DNA of 32,000 nucleotides, taken from the NCBI RefSeq assembly GCF_001644705.1, contig NZ_CP015137.1, forward strand, positions 4,740,001-4,772,000. Reading direction: 5' to 3'. Shown one piece after another: positions 17,861-28,806 of the stretch; position 1 is the first letter of the stretch; each line of letters opens with the position of its first letter. The stretch is from Dickeya solani IPO 2222. GTDB taxonomy: Bacteria; Pseudomonadota; Gammaproteobacteria; Enterobacterales; Enterobacteriaceae. The notes beneath the pieces were generated by a model. That model saw nothing but the letters and a program-made list of their open reading frames with translations, made no database searches and was not told where the DNA came from. The translations under genes and the position numbers were made by a program.

Positions 17861-18271
17861 ATGATGCCCCCTTCTTCCGGCAAACGTATTCAGCGTGAAA
17901 TCCGAACGATCCAGACGATGCTCGCGTTGTATGAACGCGCATTCCCCGCGCCGGCGGATGACGCGGATTACTATGTCAGGCTGCGTGATTACGCGCTAAA
18001 TCGGCTGCAGAAATGCTATTACGGCGAGAACAAACCCGCCTGTAAACAGTGTCCAATCCACTGCTATCAGCCGGCAAAACGGGAAGCCATCAAAGTGATT
18101 ATGCGTTGGGCGGGGCCAAGGATGCTGCTGTATCACCCGATACTGGCTATTCGCCACCTGTTGGATGACCATAAACCTGCGCCTGCTGCGCCGCAACGTC
18201 CGCGCACAGGAAAAAGGCCTGAATCGTCCGCCTCACTTTCAGACGATTCTGCAAAAGAAAAAGGCCGCTAA
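17861..18271 (+). CDS. ygbA: nitrous-oxide-stimulated promoter family protein
   Basis: 136 aa with RBS GGGAG. KPACKQCPIHCYQPAKRE..IMRWAGPRML matches E. coli YgbA as I recall it. Carries a C-terminal Pro/Ala/Ser-rich tail of about 20 aa. Confidence 0.85.
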   Translation: MMPPSSGKRIQREIRTIQTMLALYERAFPAPADDADYYVRLRDYALNRLQKCYYGENKPACKQCPIHCYQPAKREAIKVIMRWAGPRMLLYHPILAIRHLLDDHKPAPAAPQRPRTGKRPESSASLSDDSAKEKGR

Positions 18272-18284
18272 TGCGGCCTTTTTG
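18256..18284. terminator. bidirectional terminator shared by ygbA and ihfA
   Basis: AAAAAGGCCGC-TAAT-GCGGCCTTTTT. The ygbA stop codon lies in the loop. Confidence 0.8.
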
Positions 18285-18289
18285 TCAAA

Positions 18290-18589
18290 TCAAGACTCTT
18301 TGGGTGATGCGTTTTCCACCCTGCTCTTTAATTTCTGCCCTGGACGGAACGTGACGACCCGACGCGCCGTAATCGGAATATCTTCGCCGGTTTTTGGGTT
18401 ACGTCCCGGGCGCTGGTTCTTGTCCCGCAAATCAAAGTTGCCAAACCCCGACAACTTAACCTGCTCACCATTCTCCAGAGCGCGCCGAACTTCTTCGAAA
18501 AACAACTCGACGAGCTCTTTGGCATCCCGTTTGCTGAGCCCAAGCTTTTCAAACAGGTATTCAGACATTTCAGCTTTAGTAAGCGCCAT
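18290..18589 (-). CDS. ihfA: integration host factor subunit alpha
   Basis: 99 aa, [33 protein letters not shown]..., essentially the canonical IhfA sequence. Confidence 0.97.
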   Translation of the reverse strand: MALTKAEMSEYLFEKLGLSKRDAKELVELFFEEVRRALENGEQVKLSGFGNFDLRDKNQRPGRNPKTGEDIPITARRVVTFRPGQKLKSRVENASPKES

Positions 18590-18592
18590 AGG

Positions 18593-20980
18593 TTAATCCC
18601 TCAAGGATGCTTGGAATCGCTGTTTTAGTGCCGCTACGCATTGCGCAACGGTAGCGGCAATTTCCTCTTCTGCCAGTGTACGAGCGGTATCCTGCAATAC
18701 CAGACTAATAGCCAGACTCTTATACCCTTCCGCTACGCCCTTGCCCCGGTACACGTCAAATAAGTTTACGCCAACTAACTGATTTGCGCCAACTTTCTTG
18801 CACTCAGCCAAAACGTCGCCCGCAGGCACGCTTTCAGCCACCACCACAGCAATATCACGGCGATTCGCCGGGAAACGGGAAATGTCCGCCGCCTCAGGCA
18901 CCACGCGCTCGGCAAGCTTGTCCCACAGGACTTCAAACACCACGGTGCGCCCGTTCAGATCCAGCTTGCGCTCCAGCTCCGGGTGAATCACACCGATATA
19001 ACCGATGCGCTCGCCAGCCAGATAAATAGCCGCAGTCTGTCCCGGATGCAACGCCGGGTGACTTTCAGCCCGGAACTCAAGCTCAGACAATTTTCCTGTC
19101 AATGCCAATACGGCTTCCAAATCGCCTTTTAAATCATAGAAGTCAACTGCCTGACGCGCCAGATCCCAGTGTTCTTCGTACCGGGTGCCGGTGATCACGC
19201 CCGCCAGCATAGTTTCCTGACGCACCCCCAAATCAGCACGCTGATCCGGAACAAAGCGCAGACCGCTCTCAAACAAGCGTAACCGGCTTTGCTGACGGTT
19301 CTGGTTGTACACCACCGCCCCCAGCAGACCGCTCCACAGCGACAGGCGCATCGCGGACATTTCCACCGAAATCGGGCTCGGCAGAATCAGCGCCTCTTCA
19401 CCGGGGTGAATCAACGACTGGATTTTGGGATCGACGAAGCTGTACGTAATCGCTTCCTGAAAGCCGTGATCGACCAGCAGGGTTTTCACACGCTTAAGCG
19501 CCAGATCCGCCTCGCGATGTTGCGTCATCTTCAGCGGCGCCTGAGTAGGAATATTCGGAATGTTGTTGTAGCCGTAAACACGCGCTACTTCTTCCACCAA
19601 ATCTTCCTCAATCGCCATGTCGAAGCGCCAGCTCGGCGCCACCGCCTGCCAGCCATCGGCAATTTTGGTTACCTGGCAACCCAGACGAGTCAGAATATCG
19701 CTGACTTTCTCATCGGAAATTACATGACCGATCAGACGATCCAGCTTGTCGCGACGCAGCGCGATGGTGGCGCGCGCCGGCAGGTCTTTCTCGCTGACCA
19801 CCTCCACCACCGAGCCGGCTTCACCGCCGCAGATATCCAGCAGCAGACGGGTTGCACGCTCCATCGCCTGATGCTGCAATGCCGGGTCCACGCCGCGCTC
19901 ATAGCGGTGGGACGCATCAGTATGCAGGCCGTAACGGCGCGCACGCCCGGTGATCGACAGCGGATTAAAGTAAGCGCACTCCAGCAGTACATTCTGCGTA
20001 TCGCCATTCACACCGGAATGTTCACCGCCGAAGATACCACCCATAGCCAGTGCTTTCTGATGATCGGCAATCACCAGTGTGTCGGCGCTCAGGGTCGCGT
20101 CGGTGCCATCCAGCAGACGTAGGGTTTCCCCTTCCTTAGCCATACGCACCACGATGCCGCCTTCCAGGCGGTTAAGATCGAACGCATGCATCGGCTGCCC
20201 CAGTTCCAGCAGCACATAGTTGGTGACATCCACCACCGGATCGATGGAGCGGATACCGCAACGACGCAATTTTTCACGCATCCACAGCGGCGTGGTGGCT
20301 TTAAGGTTGATCCCCTTGACCACTCGCCCCAGATAGCGCGGGCACGCTTGGGTCGCGTCCACCTGAATCGGGAAACGGTCGGCGATGGTCGCGGTCACCG
20401 GCTCGATAGTCGGCACGGCCAGCGCCTGTTCATTCAGCACCGCGACGTCACGCGCCACGCCCAGAATCCCCAGGCAATCGGCGCGGTTCGGGGTCACGCT
20501 GATTTCGATGGTATTGTCATCCAGCTTCAGGTATTCGCGGATGTCGGTGCCCAGCGGCGCGTCAGCCGGCAATTCGATGATGCCGCTGTGATCGTCGGAG
20601 ATCCCCAATTCTGAGAAGGAGCACAACATCCCTTCAGACGGTTCACCGCGCAGCTTGGCCGCCTTGATTTTGAAGTCGCCCGGCAAAACGGCGCCCACGG
20701 TAGCCACCGCTACTTTGAGGCCCTGACGGCAATTAGGCGCGCCGCAAACGATATCCAGCAAACGATCGCCGCCGACGTTGACTTTCGTCACGCGCAATTT
20801 ATCCGCGTTCGGATGCTGTGCGCACTCCACCACTTCCCCAACAACCACACCGTGGAATGCGCCGGCAACCGGCTCAACGCCGTCCACTTCCAGACCGGCC
20901 ATAGTGATTTGTTCAGATAAGGCATCGCTGCTGATGGCTGGGTTAACCCATTCCCGTAACCAGAGTTCACTGAATTTCAT
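18593..20980 (-). CDS. pheT: phenylalanine--tRNA ligase beta subunit
   Basis: 795 aa, [14 protein letters not shown].... Canonical PheT downstream of pheS. Confidence 0.97.
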   Translation of the reverse strand: MKFSELWLREWVNPAISSDALSEQITMAGLEVDGVEPVAGAFHGVVVGEVVECAQHPNADKLRVTKVNVGGDRLLDIVCGAPNCRQGLKVAVATVGAVLPGDFKIKAAKLRGEPSEGMLCSFSELGISDDHSGIIELPADAPLGTDIREYLKLDDNTIEISVTPNRADCLGILGVARDVAVLNEQALAVPTIEPVTATIADRFPIQVDATQACPRYLGRVVKGINLKATTPLWMREKLRRCGIRSIDPVVDVTNYVLLELGQPMHAFDLNRLEGGIVVRMAKEGETLRLLDGTDATLSADTLVIADHQKALAMGGIFGGEHSGVNGDTQNVLLECAYFNPLSITGRARRYGLHTDASHRYERGVDPALQHQAMERATRLLLDICGGEAGSVVEVVSEKDLPARATIALRRDKLDRLIGHVISDEKVSDILTRLGCQVTKIADGWQAVAPSWRFDMAIEEDLVEEVARVYGYNNIPNIPTQAPLKMTQHREADLALKRVKTLLVDHGFQEAITYSFVDPKIQSLIHPGEEALILPSPISVEMSAMRLSLWSGLLGAVVYNQNRQQSRLRLFESGLRFVPDQRADLGVRQETMLAGVITGTRYEEHWDLARQAVDFYDLKGDLEAVLALTGKLSELEFRAESHPALHPGQTAAIYLAGERIGYIGVIHPELERKLDLNGRTVVFEVLWDKLAERVVPEAADISRFPANRRDIAVVVAESVPAGDVLAECKKVGANQLVGVNLFDVYRGKGVAEGYKSLAISLVLQDTARTLAEEEIAATVAQCVAALKQRFQASLRD

Positions 20981-20995
20981 GTTGATATTCCTGCC

Positions 20996-22036
<1,041 letters not shown>

Positions 22037-22084
22037 TCAGTGCGCCGGACGTTAACACTACCCACGGATTCTGGAGTCGGGTCC

Positions 22085-22112
22085 AATAAAAAAGCCTCCA
22101 CAGAGGAGGCTT
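22085..22112 (-). terminator. pheST attenuator terminator
   Basis: On the minus strand: stem AGCCTCC / GGAGGCT with a 5-nt loop, followed by TTTTTTATT. Lies between pheM and pheS. Confidence 0.75.
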
Positions 22113-22158
22113 AGGCGCTACTTTTCGTTTCTGTTCTTACGCGCAAAGCCCCCGATGT

Positions 22159-22203
22159 TCAGGCGCTAAAGTAAAAAAAGAAACGGAAAATAGCAGCGTT
22201 CAT
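22159..22203 (-). CDS. pheM: pheST operon leader peptide
   Basis: Manual translation of the minus strand: ATG AAC GCT GCT ATT TTC CGT TTC TTT TTT TAC TTT AGC GCC TGA gives [14 protein letters not shown], with five Phe codons. E. coli PheM is [14 protein letters not shown] as I recall it. Confidence 0.85.
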   Translation of the reverse strand: [14 protein letters not shown]

Positions 22204-22349
22204 ACTTGCGTTACCTTAATTGTTACCCGCATGGATTGTTGCCTGGCTAATTATTGTCTAACCCGTTGACAATATACCAATTTCACTCGTTCTAAAAGCC
22301 TTTCGTCGGCAATTGCGGAACGTTGTTAGCGTTCAACCGGCGTCAAAGA

Positions 22350-22377
22350 CGAAAAGAGGGAGACAAGCTCCCTCTTT
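22350..22377 (-). terminator. rplT intrinsic terminator
   Basis: On the minus strand: stem AAGAGGGAG / CTCCCTCTT with a 5-nt loop, followed by TTCGTCTTT. Confidence 0.7.
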
Positions 22378-22385
22378 CATCTGAC

Positions 22386-22760
<375 letters not shown>

Positions 22761-22784
22761 TTATTCTGAATTAAAAAAAGTTAC

Positions 22785-23003
<219 letters not shown>

Positions 23004-23078
23004 TTAAACAATGAATCAGATAAGGCGAACAGAAACCGCGCTACACGAAGGCAGCGCGGAACATGTTACTTGAATGCC

Positions 23079-23621
23079 TTACTGTTTCTTCTTCGGTGCC
23101 AGCACCATAATCATCTGACGCCCTTCGATCTTACTAGGGAACGACTCAACGACAGACAATTCATTCAGATCGTCACGAATGCGATTAAGCATTTCGATAC
23201 CAATCTGCTGGTGAGCCATTTCACGACCGCGGAAACGCAGCGTGATTTTAGCTTTGTCACCTTCTTCCAGAAAGCGAACCAGGTTGCGCAGTTTGACCTG
23301 ATAGTCGCCATCATCGGTACCAGGCCGGAACTTGATTTCCTTGACCTGAATAACTTTTTGCTTCTTCTTCTGTTCTTTAGTGGCCTTACTCTTCTCATAG
23401 AGGAACTTGCCGTAATCCATGATTCGGCAAACTGGCGGCTCGGCGTTCGGGCTGATTTCAACTAAATCAACTCCCGCTTCCTCAGCTTTCTCTAACGCTT
23501 CATTCAGGCTGACAATACCGATCTGTTCGCCATCAACGCCAGTCAGACGTACCTCTTGTGCGCGAATTTCTCTGTTGATGCGATTAGGACGCGCCGGTTG
23601 AACTCGTTTTCCGCCTTTAAT
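23079..23621 (-). CDS. infC: translation initiation factor IF-3, AUU start codon
   Basis: The ORF track shows only the ATG-initiated C-terminal 113 aa. The frame stays open upstream to ATT at 23621-23619, preceded by GGAGGA. Translation [28 protein letters not shown]... matches the IF-3 N-terminus. 180 aa. Confidence 0.93.
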   Translation of the reverse strand: MKGGKRVQPARPNRINREIRAQEVRLTGVDGEQIGIVSLNEALEKAEEAGVDLVEISPNAEPPVCRIMDYGKFLYEKSKATKEQKKKQKVIQVKEIKFRPGTDDGDYQVKLRNLVRFLEEGDKAKITLRFRGREMAHQQIGIEMLNRIRDDLNELSVVESFPSKIEGRQMIMVLAPKKKQ

Positions 23622-23624
23622 ACC

Positions 23625-25553
23625 TTATTCCTCCAACTGATGAAGACTACGGCTGCGAATTTCTTCCTGCAGCTTCGTGATTACTTCACTGACGTCCATG
23701 CTTCCCAGGTCCTTACCGCGGCGGGTACGGACAGCTACTTTGCCTGCCTCTACCTCTTTATCGCCACAAACAAGCATATAGGGAACACGCCGTAAAGTGT
23801 GCTCGCGGATTTTAAAGCCTATCTTCTCATTTCTCAAGTCCGCTTTAACGCGAATCCCTGCATCTTGCAATTTTTTTGTCAATTCGCTGACATAATCGGA
23901 CTGTGTATCGGTGATATTCATCACCACGGCTTGCACCGGCGCCAACCAGGTTGGGAAGAAGCCCGCGAATTCTTCGGTAAGAATCCCGATAAAACGCTCC
24001 ATCGACCCCAGTATCGCCCGGTGAATCATTACCGGCACCTGGCGTTCGTTGCTTTCACCGACATAGGATGCGCTCAGGCGGCTCGGCAGTGAGAAGTCCA
24101 GCTGTACCGTACCACACTGCCAGGCGCGATCCAGACAGTCATGCAAAGTAAACTCGATTTTCGGACCGTAAAACGCACCCTCGCCCGGCTGATAATCAAA
24201 CGGAATGCCGTTTTCAGTCAGCGCAGCCGCCAGATCCTCTTCCGCACGATCCCACATGTCATCGCTGCCGATACGTTTTTCAGGGCGCGTTGACAGTTTC
24301 ACCACGATTTTTTCAAAACCGAAGGTGCTGTACATGTCGTACACCATCTTGATGCAGCTGTTCACTTCATCGCGCACCTGCTCTTCGGTACAGAAGATGT
24401 GGGCATCATCCTGCGTAAAACCGCGCACACGCATCAAGCCGTGCAGGGAGCCTGACGGCTCGTTACGGTGACAACTGCCGAATTCCGCCATACGCAGCGG
24501 CAAGTCGCGGTAGGATTTCAGCCCCTGATTGAAAATCTGTACATGGCCTGGGCAGTTCATCGGTTTGATGCAGTATTCACGGTTTTCAGACGACGTCGTG
24601 AACATGGCCTCTTTGTAGTTTTCCCAGTGGCCGGTTTTTTCCCACAGCACACGGTCCATCATGAACGGACCTTTTACTTCCTGATATTGGTACTCTTTGA
24701 GCTTCATGCGCACAAAGACTTCCAGCTCGCGGAAAATCGTCCAGCCATCGTTATGCCAGAACACCATGCCCGGCGCTTCTTCCTGCATGTGATACAGGTC
24801 CAGCTGCTTGCCGATTTTACGGTGGTCGCGCTTGGCGGCTTCTTCAAGACGCTGCAGATAAGCGCTCAGCTGTTTTTTATCTGCCCAAGCGGTGCCATAA
24901 ATGCGCTGCAGCATTTTATTCTTGCTGTCGCCACGCCAGTAAGCGCCCGACGTTTTCTGCAGTTTGAAATGATGACAGAAACGCATGTTCGGTACGTGCG
25001 GTCCACGGCACATATCGATATATTCTTCGTGGTGGTACAGCCCCGGACGGTCATCATGGCTGATATTCTCATCCAGAATCGCCACCTTGTAGTTTTCGCC
25101 ACGCGCGGCAAACGTATCGCGCGCTTCCTGCCAGCTGACTTTTTTCTTGATAACGTCGTAGTCTTTGCTCGCCAGCTCATGCATCCGCTTTTCAAGCAGG
25201 TCCAGATCTTCCTGAGTCAGGGTGCGGTCCAGATCAACGTCATAATAGAAACCGTTGTCGATAACCGGGCCAATCGCCATTTTGGTGTCCGGCCACAGCT
25301 GCTTGATAGCATGGCCCAGCAGGTGCGCGCAGGAATGACGAAGGATTTCTACACCGTCCTCGTCCTTGGCAGTAATGATGGACAACTGCGCATCAGATTC
25401 AATCAGATCGGTTGCATCAACCAGTTCACCATTAACCCGACCGGCGATACAGGCTTTCGCCAGACCCGGGCCGATATCCAGTGCGACATCAAGAGGAGAA
25501 ACAGCATGGTCATAATGACGCTGACTGCCGTCAGGAAGCGTAATAACAGGCAT
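23625..25553 (-). CDS. thrS: threonine--tRNA ligase
   Basis: I trimmed the ORF-track start (25586) to the ATG at 25553 ([16 protein letters not shown]...; SD AAGGGA). 642 aa. Confidence 0.97.
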   Translation of the reverse strand: MPVITLPDGSQRHYDHAVSPLDVALDIGPGLAKACIAGRVNGELVDATDLIESDAQLSIITAKDEDGVEILRHSCAHLLGHAIKQLWPDTKMAIGPVIDNGFYYDVDLDRTLTQEDLDLLEKRMHELASKDYDVIKKKVSWQEARDTFAARGENYKVAILDENISHDDRPGLYHHEEYIDMCRGPHVPNMRFCHHFKLQKTSGAYWRGDSKNKMLQRIYGTAWADKKQLSAYLQRLEEAAKRDHRKIGKQLDLYHMQEEAPGMVFWHNDGWTIFRELEVFVRMKLKEYQYQEVKGPFMMDRVLWEKTGHWENYKEAMFTTSSENREYCIKPMNCPGHVQIFNQGLKSYRDLPLRMAEFGSCHRNEPSGSLHGLMRVRGFTQDDAHIFCTEEQVRDEVNSCIKMVYDMYSTFGFEKIVVKLSTRPEKRIGSDDMWDRAEEDLAAALTENGIPFDYQPGEGAFYGPKIEFTLHDCLDRAWQCGTVQLDFSLPSRLSASYVGESNERQVPVMIHRAILGSMERFIGILTEEFAGFFPTWLAPVQAVVMNITDTQSDYVSELTKKLQDAGIRVKADLRNEKIGFKIREHTLRRVPYMLVCGDKEVEAGKVAVRTRRGKDLGSMDVSEVITKLQEEIRSRSLHQLEE

Positions 25554-25566
25554 GTAAATTCCCTTA

Positions 25567-25603
25567 TTTGCAGTGGTGAGCCACACGAAAGCCCACGTGC
25601 AAA
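25567..25603 (-). promoter_or_regulatory. thrS leader hairpin resembling the ThrRS translational operator
   Basis: Minus-strand RNA UUUGCA-C-GUGG-GC-UUUCGUGUG-GC-UCA-CCAC-UGCAAA. The stems pair and the apical loop contains CGU, a threonine anticodon. The hairpin ends directly at the SD. Confidence 0.5.
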
Positions 25604-25835
25604 AGATAATTGCGTTTGATTTGGGTGGTCGGTGGAAAAGGATTTAACCCACAATTGTTAAATCAGTTCCGCTCTGTCGTCAGGTAACATGGCGAGGGCC
25701 ACAGTGTGACAGTTCAATAGGATAGCGCGCCAATGCCTTAACCCGACGGCGTAGAGTAGCACCATGCCCCCGGGGATGCCACCCATCCGGTCAAAACGGG
25801 TGGCGGAAATACGGATTGGTGTCATTGTGATACGT

Positions 25836-25862
25836 GCAAAGACCCGTCAGTACTGCGGGTCT
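25836..25862 (-). terminator. possible yebO terminator
   Basis: On the minus strand: stem AGACCCG / CGGGTCT with a 9-nt loop, then only TTTG. Confidence 0.4.
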
Positions 25863-25890
25863 ATTCGACGACGAGCAGAAAGGCAGAAAC

Positions 25891-26181
25891 TCAACGCTCC
25901 GGGATCATGTCCTTAAACAGCGGATCGACCTCGCTTTCCTTAATTTCCGGCAGAGAAACCGGCTGTTCGGAAGCAGGTTCCGACTCCTGTGTCGGCACTG
26001 GGGACAGCGCTTGCAACAGCACGATTTGCTGTTTCTGCTGCTCGACAATTTCATGCAAAAGCCTGATCTGTTCATTGGCCCGCACACTGGCCCGGTTGAT
26101 AAAGAACCAAACCAGAATCACCAGTAGCACAATCAACGCGACAAAAACCACTTCCAACATGTCTGAAGCAAAACTACTCAT
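25891..26181 (-). CDS. yebO: YebO family small membrane protein
   Basis: 96 aa with one N-terminal TM. WFFINRASVRANEQIRLL matches E. coli YebO (WFFINRASSRTNEQIELL) as I recall it. Confidence 0.8.
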   Translation of the reverse strand: MSSFASDMLEVVFVALIVLLVILVWFFINRASVRANEQIRLLHEIVEQQKQQIVLLQALSPVPTQESEPASEQPVSLPEIKESEVDPLFKDMIPER

Positions 26182-26291
26182 GTCTAAAACCTGTTATGTA
26201 ACCTGACTCAGTTGCGCATTCTAGCACTGTGCCGACAGACAATTCGACAGTCATACAGAGATTCATTGTCTGGAATACCGTGTTTTACCCA

Positions 26292-26318
26292 TAAAAAAGC
26301 CTGTCGTCAGGACAGGCT
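26292..26318 (-). terminator. kdgR intrinsic terminator
   Basis: On the minus strand: stem AGCCTGTC / GACAGGCT with a 5-nt loop, followed by TTTTTTAT. Confidence 0.8.
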
Positions 26319-26348
26319 AATGATCAGATTGCCGCACACCTTGAGGTT

Positions 26349-27140
26349 TCAGAACGGATAATCGTGATAACCCATTTGGTCGGAGATATTGCGCGCCGCC
26401 GTATGCAACATGGCGACATACTCGTGTTTATTATCTTCCGAGAAACGAATAGTCGGGAAAGAGATACTCAAGCCGGCAATCACCACGCCAAAACGATCAA
26501 ATACCGGAACCGCGATGCAACGCAGGCCCTCTTCTTGCTCTTCGTTGTCTTCGCCGTATCCCTGCTGACGCACCAGATCAAGCTGAGGCAACAACTCTTC
26601 CGTACTACCGATGGTGTGCACAGTGCTGCGCTTGAATTCTACCTGAGACAGAACTTCTTTGACCTCTTCAAGGTCGCGCCAGGCCAGCAACACCTTGCCA
26701 ATCGCCGTGCTGTGCAGCGGATTCCGGCGGCCAATGCGGGAATACATGCGCAAGTTGTACATGGAGTCGATTTTATGGATGTAGACGATGCTGTCTTCAT
26801 CCAGCGCACCGAGATGGATGGTTTCACGCGTTAACGCCGACAATTCACGCATCTGAATATCCGCACTGCGGATCAGATCAACGTTTTGCAGCGCTTTGGC
26901 ACCCAGCTCGAACAATTTCAACGTCAGCGAGTATTTCTCTGATTCACCTTCCTGAGCAACATATCCCAGGGATTTCATCGTCTGCAGGAAACGATAAACA
27001 GTACTTTTAGACATCATCACGCGCTGTGAAAGTTCAGTAATGCCAATCTCACGCTCTTCGCCTAACGCCTGCAAAATACCAAAGACCTTTAAGACAGATG
27101 ACACGGAATCGGGTTGTTTATCTAAATCTGCAATAGCCAT
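26349..27140 (-). CDS. kdgR: IclR-family repressor of pectin/KDG catabolism
   Basis: I trimmed the ORF-track start (27227) to the ATG at 27140. MAIADLDKQPDSVSSVLKVFGILQALGEEREIGITELSQRV... is nearly identical to E. coli KdgR as I recall it. 263 aa. Confidence 0.93.
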   Translation of the reverse strand: MAIADLDKQPDSVSSVLKVFGILQALGEEREIGITELSQRVMMSKSTVYRFLQTMKSLGYVAQEGESEKYSLTLKLFELGAKALQNVDLIRSADIQMRELSALTRETIHLGALDEDSIVYIHKIDSMYNLRMYSRIGRRNPLHSTAIGKVLLAWRDLEEVKEVLSQVEFKRSTVHTIGSTEELLPQLDLVRQQGYGEDNEEQEEGLRCIAVPVFDRFGVVIAGLSISFPTIRFSEDNKHEYVAMLHTAARNISDQMGYHDYPF

Positions 27141-27311
27141 TTTTGTGGTTACCCTACTCAGTATTTTTTGTTTTAAAAAAAATAGAACACGTGTTTTAGT
27201 ATAAAGGGAACGCTTTGAATATGGCAATCGGGCATTACTATAACTGACAATTTGATTAAATATTGTCCATCACAATAGCGCTGCCGAATTAATAATCTAA
27301 TTGTAAAAGCG

Positions 27312-27340
27312 AAAAAAACCGCGCCCTTGACGAGCACGGT
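27312..27340 (-). terminator. ogl intrinsic terminator
   Basis: On the minus strand: stem ACCGTGC / GCGCGGT (one G-U pair), followed by TTTTTTTCG. Confidence 0.65.
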
Positions 27341-27351
27341 TGCAGGTGCTG

Positions 27352-28518
27352 TTATTGCCAGACGGAATCAGGCACTTTTGCCAGATATAACGCCGGCTTG
27401 CCATCGACATCAGACGTAAACAGAATGTGTTTGTCATCCGGCGTGAAGGACGGATGCGGATGCGTTACCTGACGGTCGCCCTCCAGCACTTCCCACGAGG
27501 TGTTGTGTTGCGCAACCTGGAAATGTTTCCCGGTCTTCATATTGAACACATACAAGAACGGATCGTTTTCAATCTTATAACCACCGTCATCTTTCACATC
27601 CACCGGCGCATTACACCCATCTCCCACCATCAGCGCGCCATCATAGTTGCTCATCAGGTGAGAACACGGCGGCATTTCAGTCAGCTGACGGTTTTCCAAC
27701 GTTACCGGATTGACACTACAAATGAAACGATTGGTGCTGCCTTTCAGATAGGAAACATAAGCCAGCGCAGAACCATTCGGCACCCAGAACTCGTGGGTGC
27801 AGCTTTCACCCGGCGCATGTTCTTTCACCTTACGCATATTGGTGCCATCTTCGTTGATGAACCACATACGTGCATCAACCAAGTCATGCGGGCCTTCATG
27901 GCAGAATGCGACTGTATTATCGTCGCCCGGACGGTAAATGGGATGACCCAGCCATTGGTTTTCCTGCAGAATAGTGGTGGCTTCACCGGTTTTCAGATCG
28001 ATACGAATCAAACGGCAGCATGGATTGGTAAAGTAGAACTCCTGGAATTTTTTCCAGTCGGTCAGCGGTTTCCAATCCTCTTTTTTGATCTCGATACCGA
28101 CCATTTTGGTGCAATCGGAGTTGGCAACCCAGGTACCGTATCCGACCCAGTCGTCCGGTACCTGATAAATATTGGTTTCTTCCAGTGTATTCAGGTCAAC
28201 ACGCATCAGATTACGCACGTTCTTCACATAATAGAGTGCGTCATCATCTGGAGACAGGAAACCGCCAAACGTATTGTCGCCGGTACCTTCAGTTAATTGC
28301 GTTGCCTGCTGGGTTTTCAGATCCAGCAAATAGTAGTTCCACGGCCCGTCAAAGGCACCACCAAACAGCAGCTTGCTACCATCATTAGAAAAACACTTCT
28401 GATAGAAGTAGTTGCGGTGACAGATAACATCGGGAGGGGTGAGACGCACCACTTCGGTGCCGGTGACTGAATCCTGGTAGGTATGGAACGAAAAAGAAAG
28501 CTTTTTACCTTTGGCCAT
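27352..28518 (-). CDS. ogl: oligogalacturonide lyase, PL22 family
   Basis: 388-aa cytoplasmic protein, MAKGKKLSFSFHTYQDSVTGTEVVRLTPPDV.... Matches my recollection of Dickeya/Yersinia Ogl. Confidence 0.93.
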   Translation of the reverse strand: MAKGKKLSFSFHTYQDSVTGTEVVRLTPPDVICHRNYFYQKCFSNDGSKLLFGGAFDGPWNYYLLDLKTQQATQLTEGTGDNTFGGFLSPDDDALYYVKNVRNLMRVDLNTLEETNIYQVPDDWVGYGTWVANSDCTKMVGIEIKKEDWKPLTDWKKFQEFYFTNPCCRLIRIDLKTGEATTILQENQWLGHPIYRPGDDNTVAFCHEGPHDLVDARMWFINEDGTNMRKVKEHAPGESCTHEFWVPNGSALAYVSYLKGSTNRFICSVNPVTLENRQLTEMPPCSHLMSNYDGALMVGDGCNAPVDVKDDGGYKIENDPFLYVFNMKTGKHFQVAQHNTSWEVLEGDRQVTHPHPSFTPDDKHILFTSDVDGKPALYLAKVPDSVWQ

Positions 28519-28611
28519 CCGTAAATCCTTAGCGCTTATCGTGAAAAATCAGACGTCGCCAGGTGAAAGATTATCCGTCATCCCGGCCAATCGCCTTGTT
28601 ATACCAGTATT

Positions 28612-28630
28612 GTAGAAACAATGTTTCATT
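28612..28630. promoter_or_regulatory. KdgR-box-like operator upstream of ogl
   Basis: GTAGAAACAATGTTTCATT has the core GAAAC-AAT-GTTTC as a perfect palindrome. It lies 94-112 nt upstream of the ogl ATG. Confidence 0.65.
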
Positions 28631-28653
28631 TTTCCGTGATCGTGGTTTTATTT

Positions 28654-28672
28654 TATAAAACATTCTTTCGCT
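28654..28672. promoter_or_regulatory. second, weaker KdgR-like site upstream of ogl
   Basis: TATAAAACATTCTTTCGCT has a good left half and a degenerate right half. Confidence 0.4.
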
Positions 28673-28755
28673 TTTCACTGACTGTTTGCGCTGACGCAAG
28701 ATTATTTTGTCCGATATTGATCCAAATGCGGCAATGAAGAACCAGACCGAACGCC

Positions 28756-28785
28756 AGAAAAGACAAAGGCCCCGAAGGGCCTTTG
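28756..28785 (-). terminator. htpX intrinsic terminator
   Basis: On the minus strand: stem CAAAGGCCC / GGGCCTTTG with loop TTCG, followed by TCTTTTCT. Confidence 0.85.
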
Positions 28786-28806
28786 CGGATAGGACAATCA
28801 CAACGA

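Noticed and set aside
19289-20122. 277-aa ORF antisense to pheT. Similar cases occur at 12303-13085 (antisense paeX), 27427-28296 (antisense ogl), 5857-6420 (antisense pelW) and 21296-21868 (antisense pheS)
   Set aside because: Same reasoning as above: these are shadow frames of well-supported genes, with no independent start signals or domain motifs.
24468-25619. 383-aa ORF antisense to thrS, the longest antisense ORF in the window
   Set aside because: It overlaps a highly conserved essential gene and has no RBS. Its composition (runs of R, F, V, H, Q) is that of a mirror frame. The sense/antisense aminoacyl-tRNA synthetase idea (Rodin-Ohno) is intriguing, but nothing in the sequence supports expression.
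25658-25825. 55-codon minus-strand ORF (MTPIRISATRFDRMGGIPGG...) between thrS and yebO
   Set aside because: It has no Shine-Dalgarno sequence, overlaps the probable thrS promoter region, and shows no resemblance to the small proteins expected nearby (YniD, MgrB).
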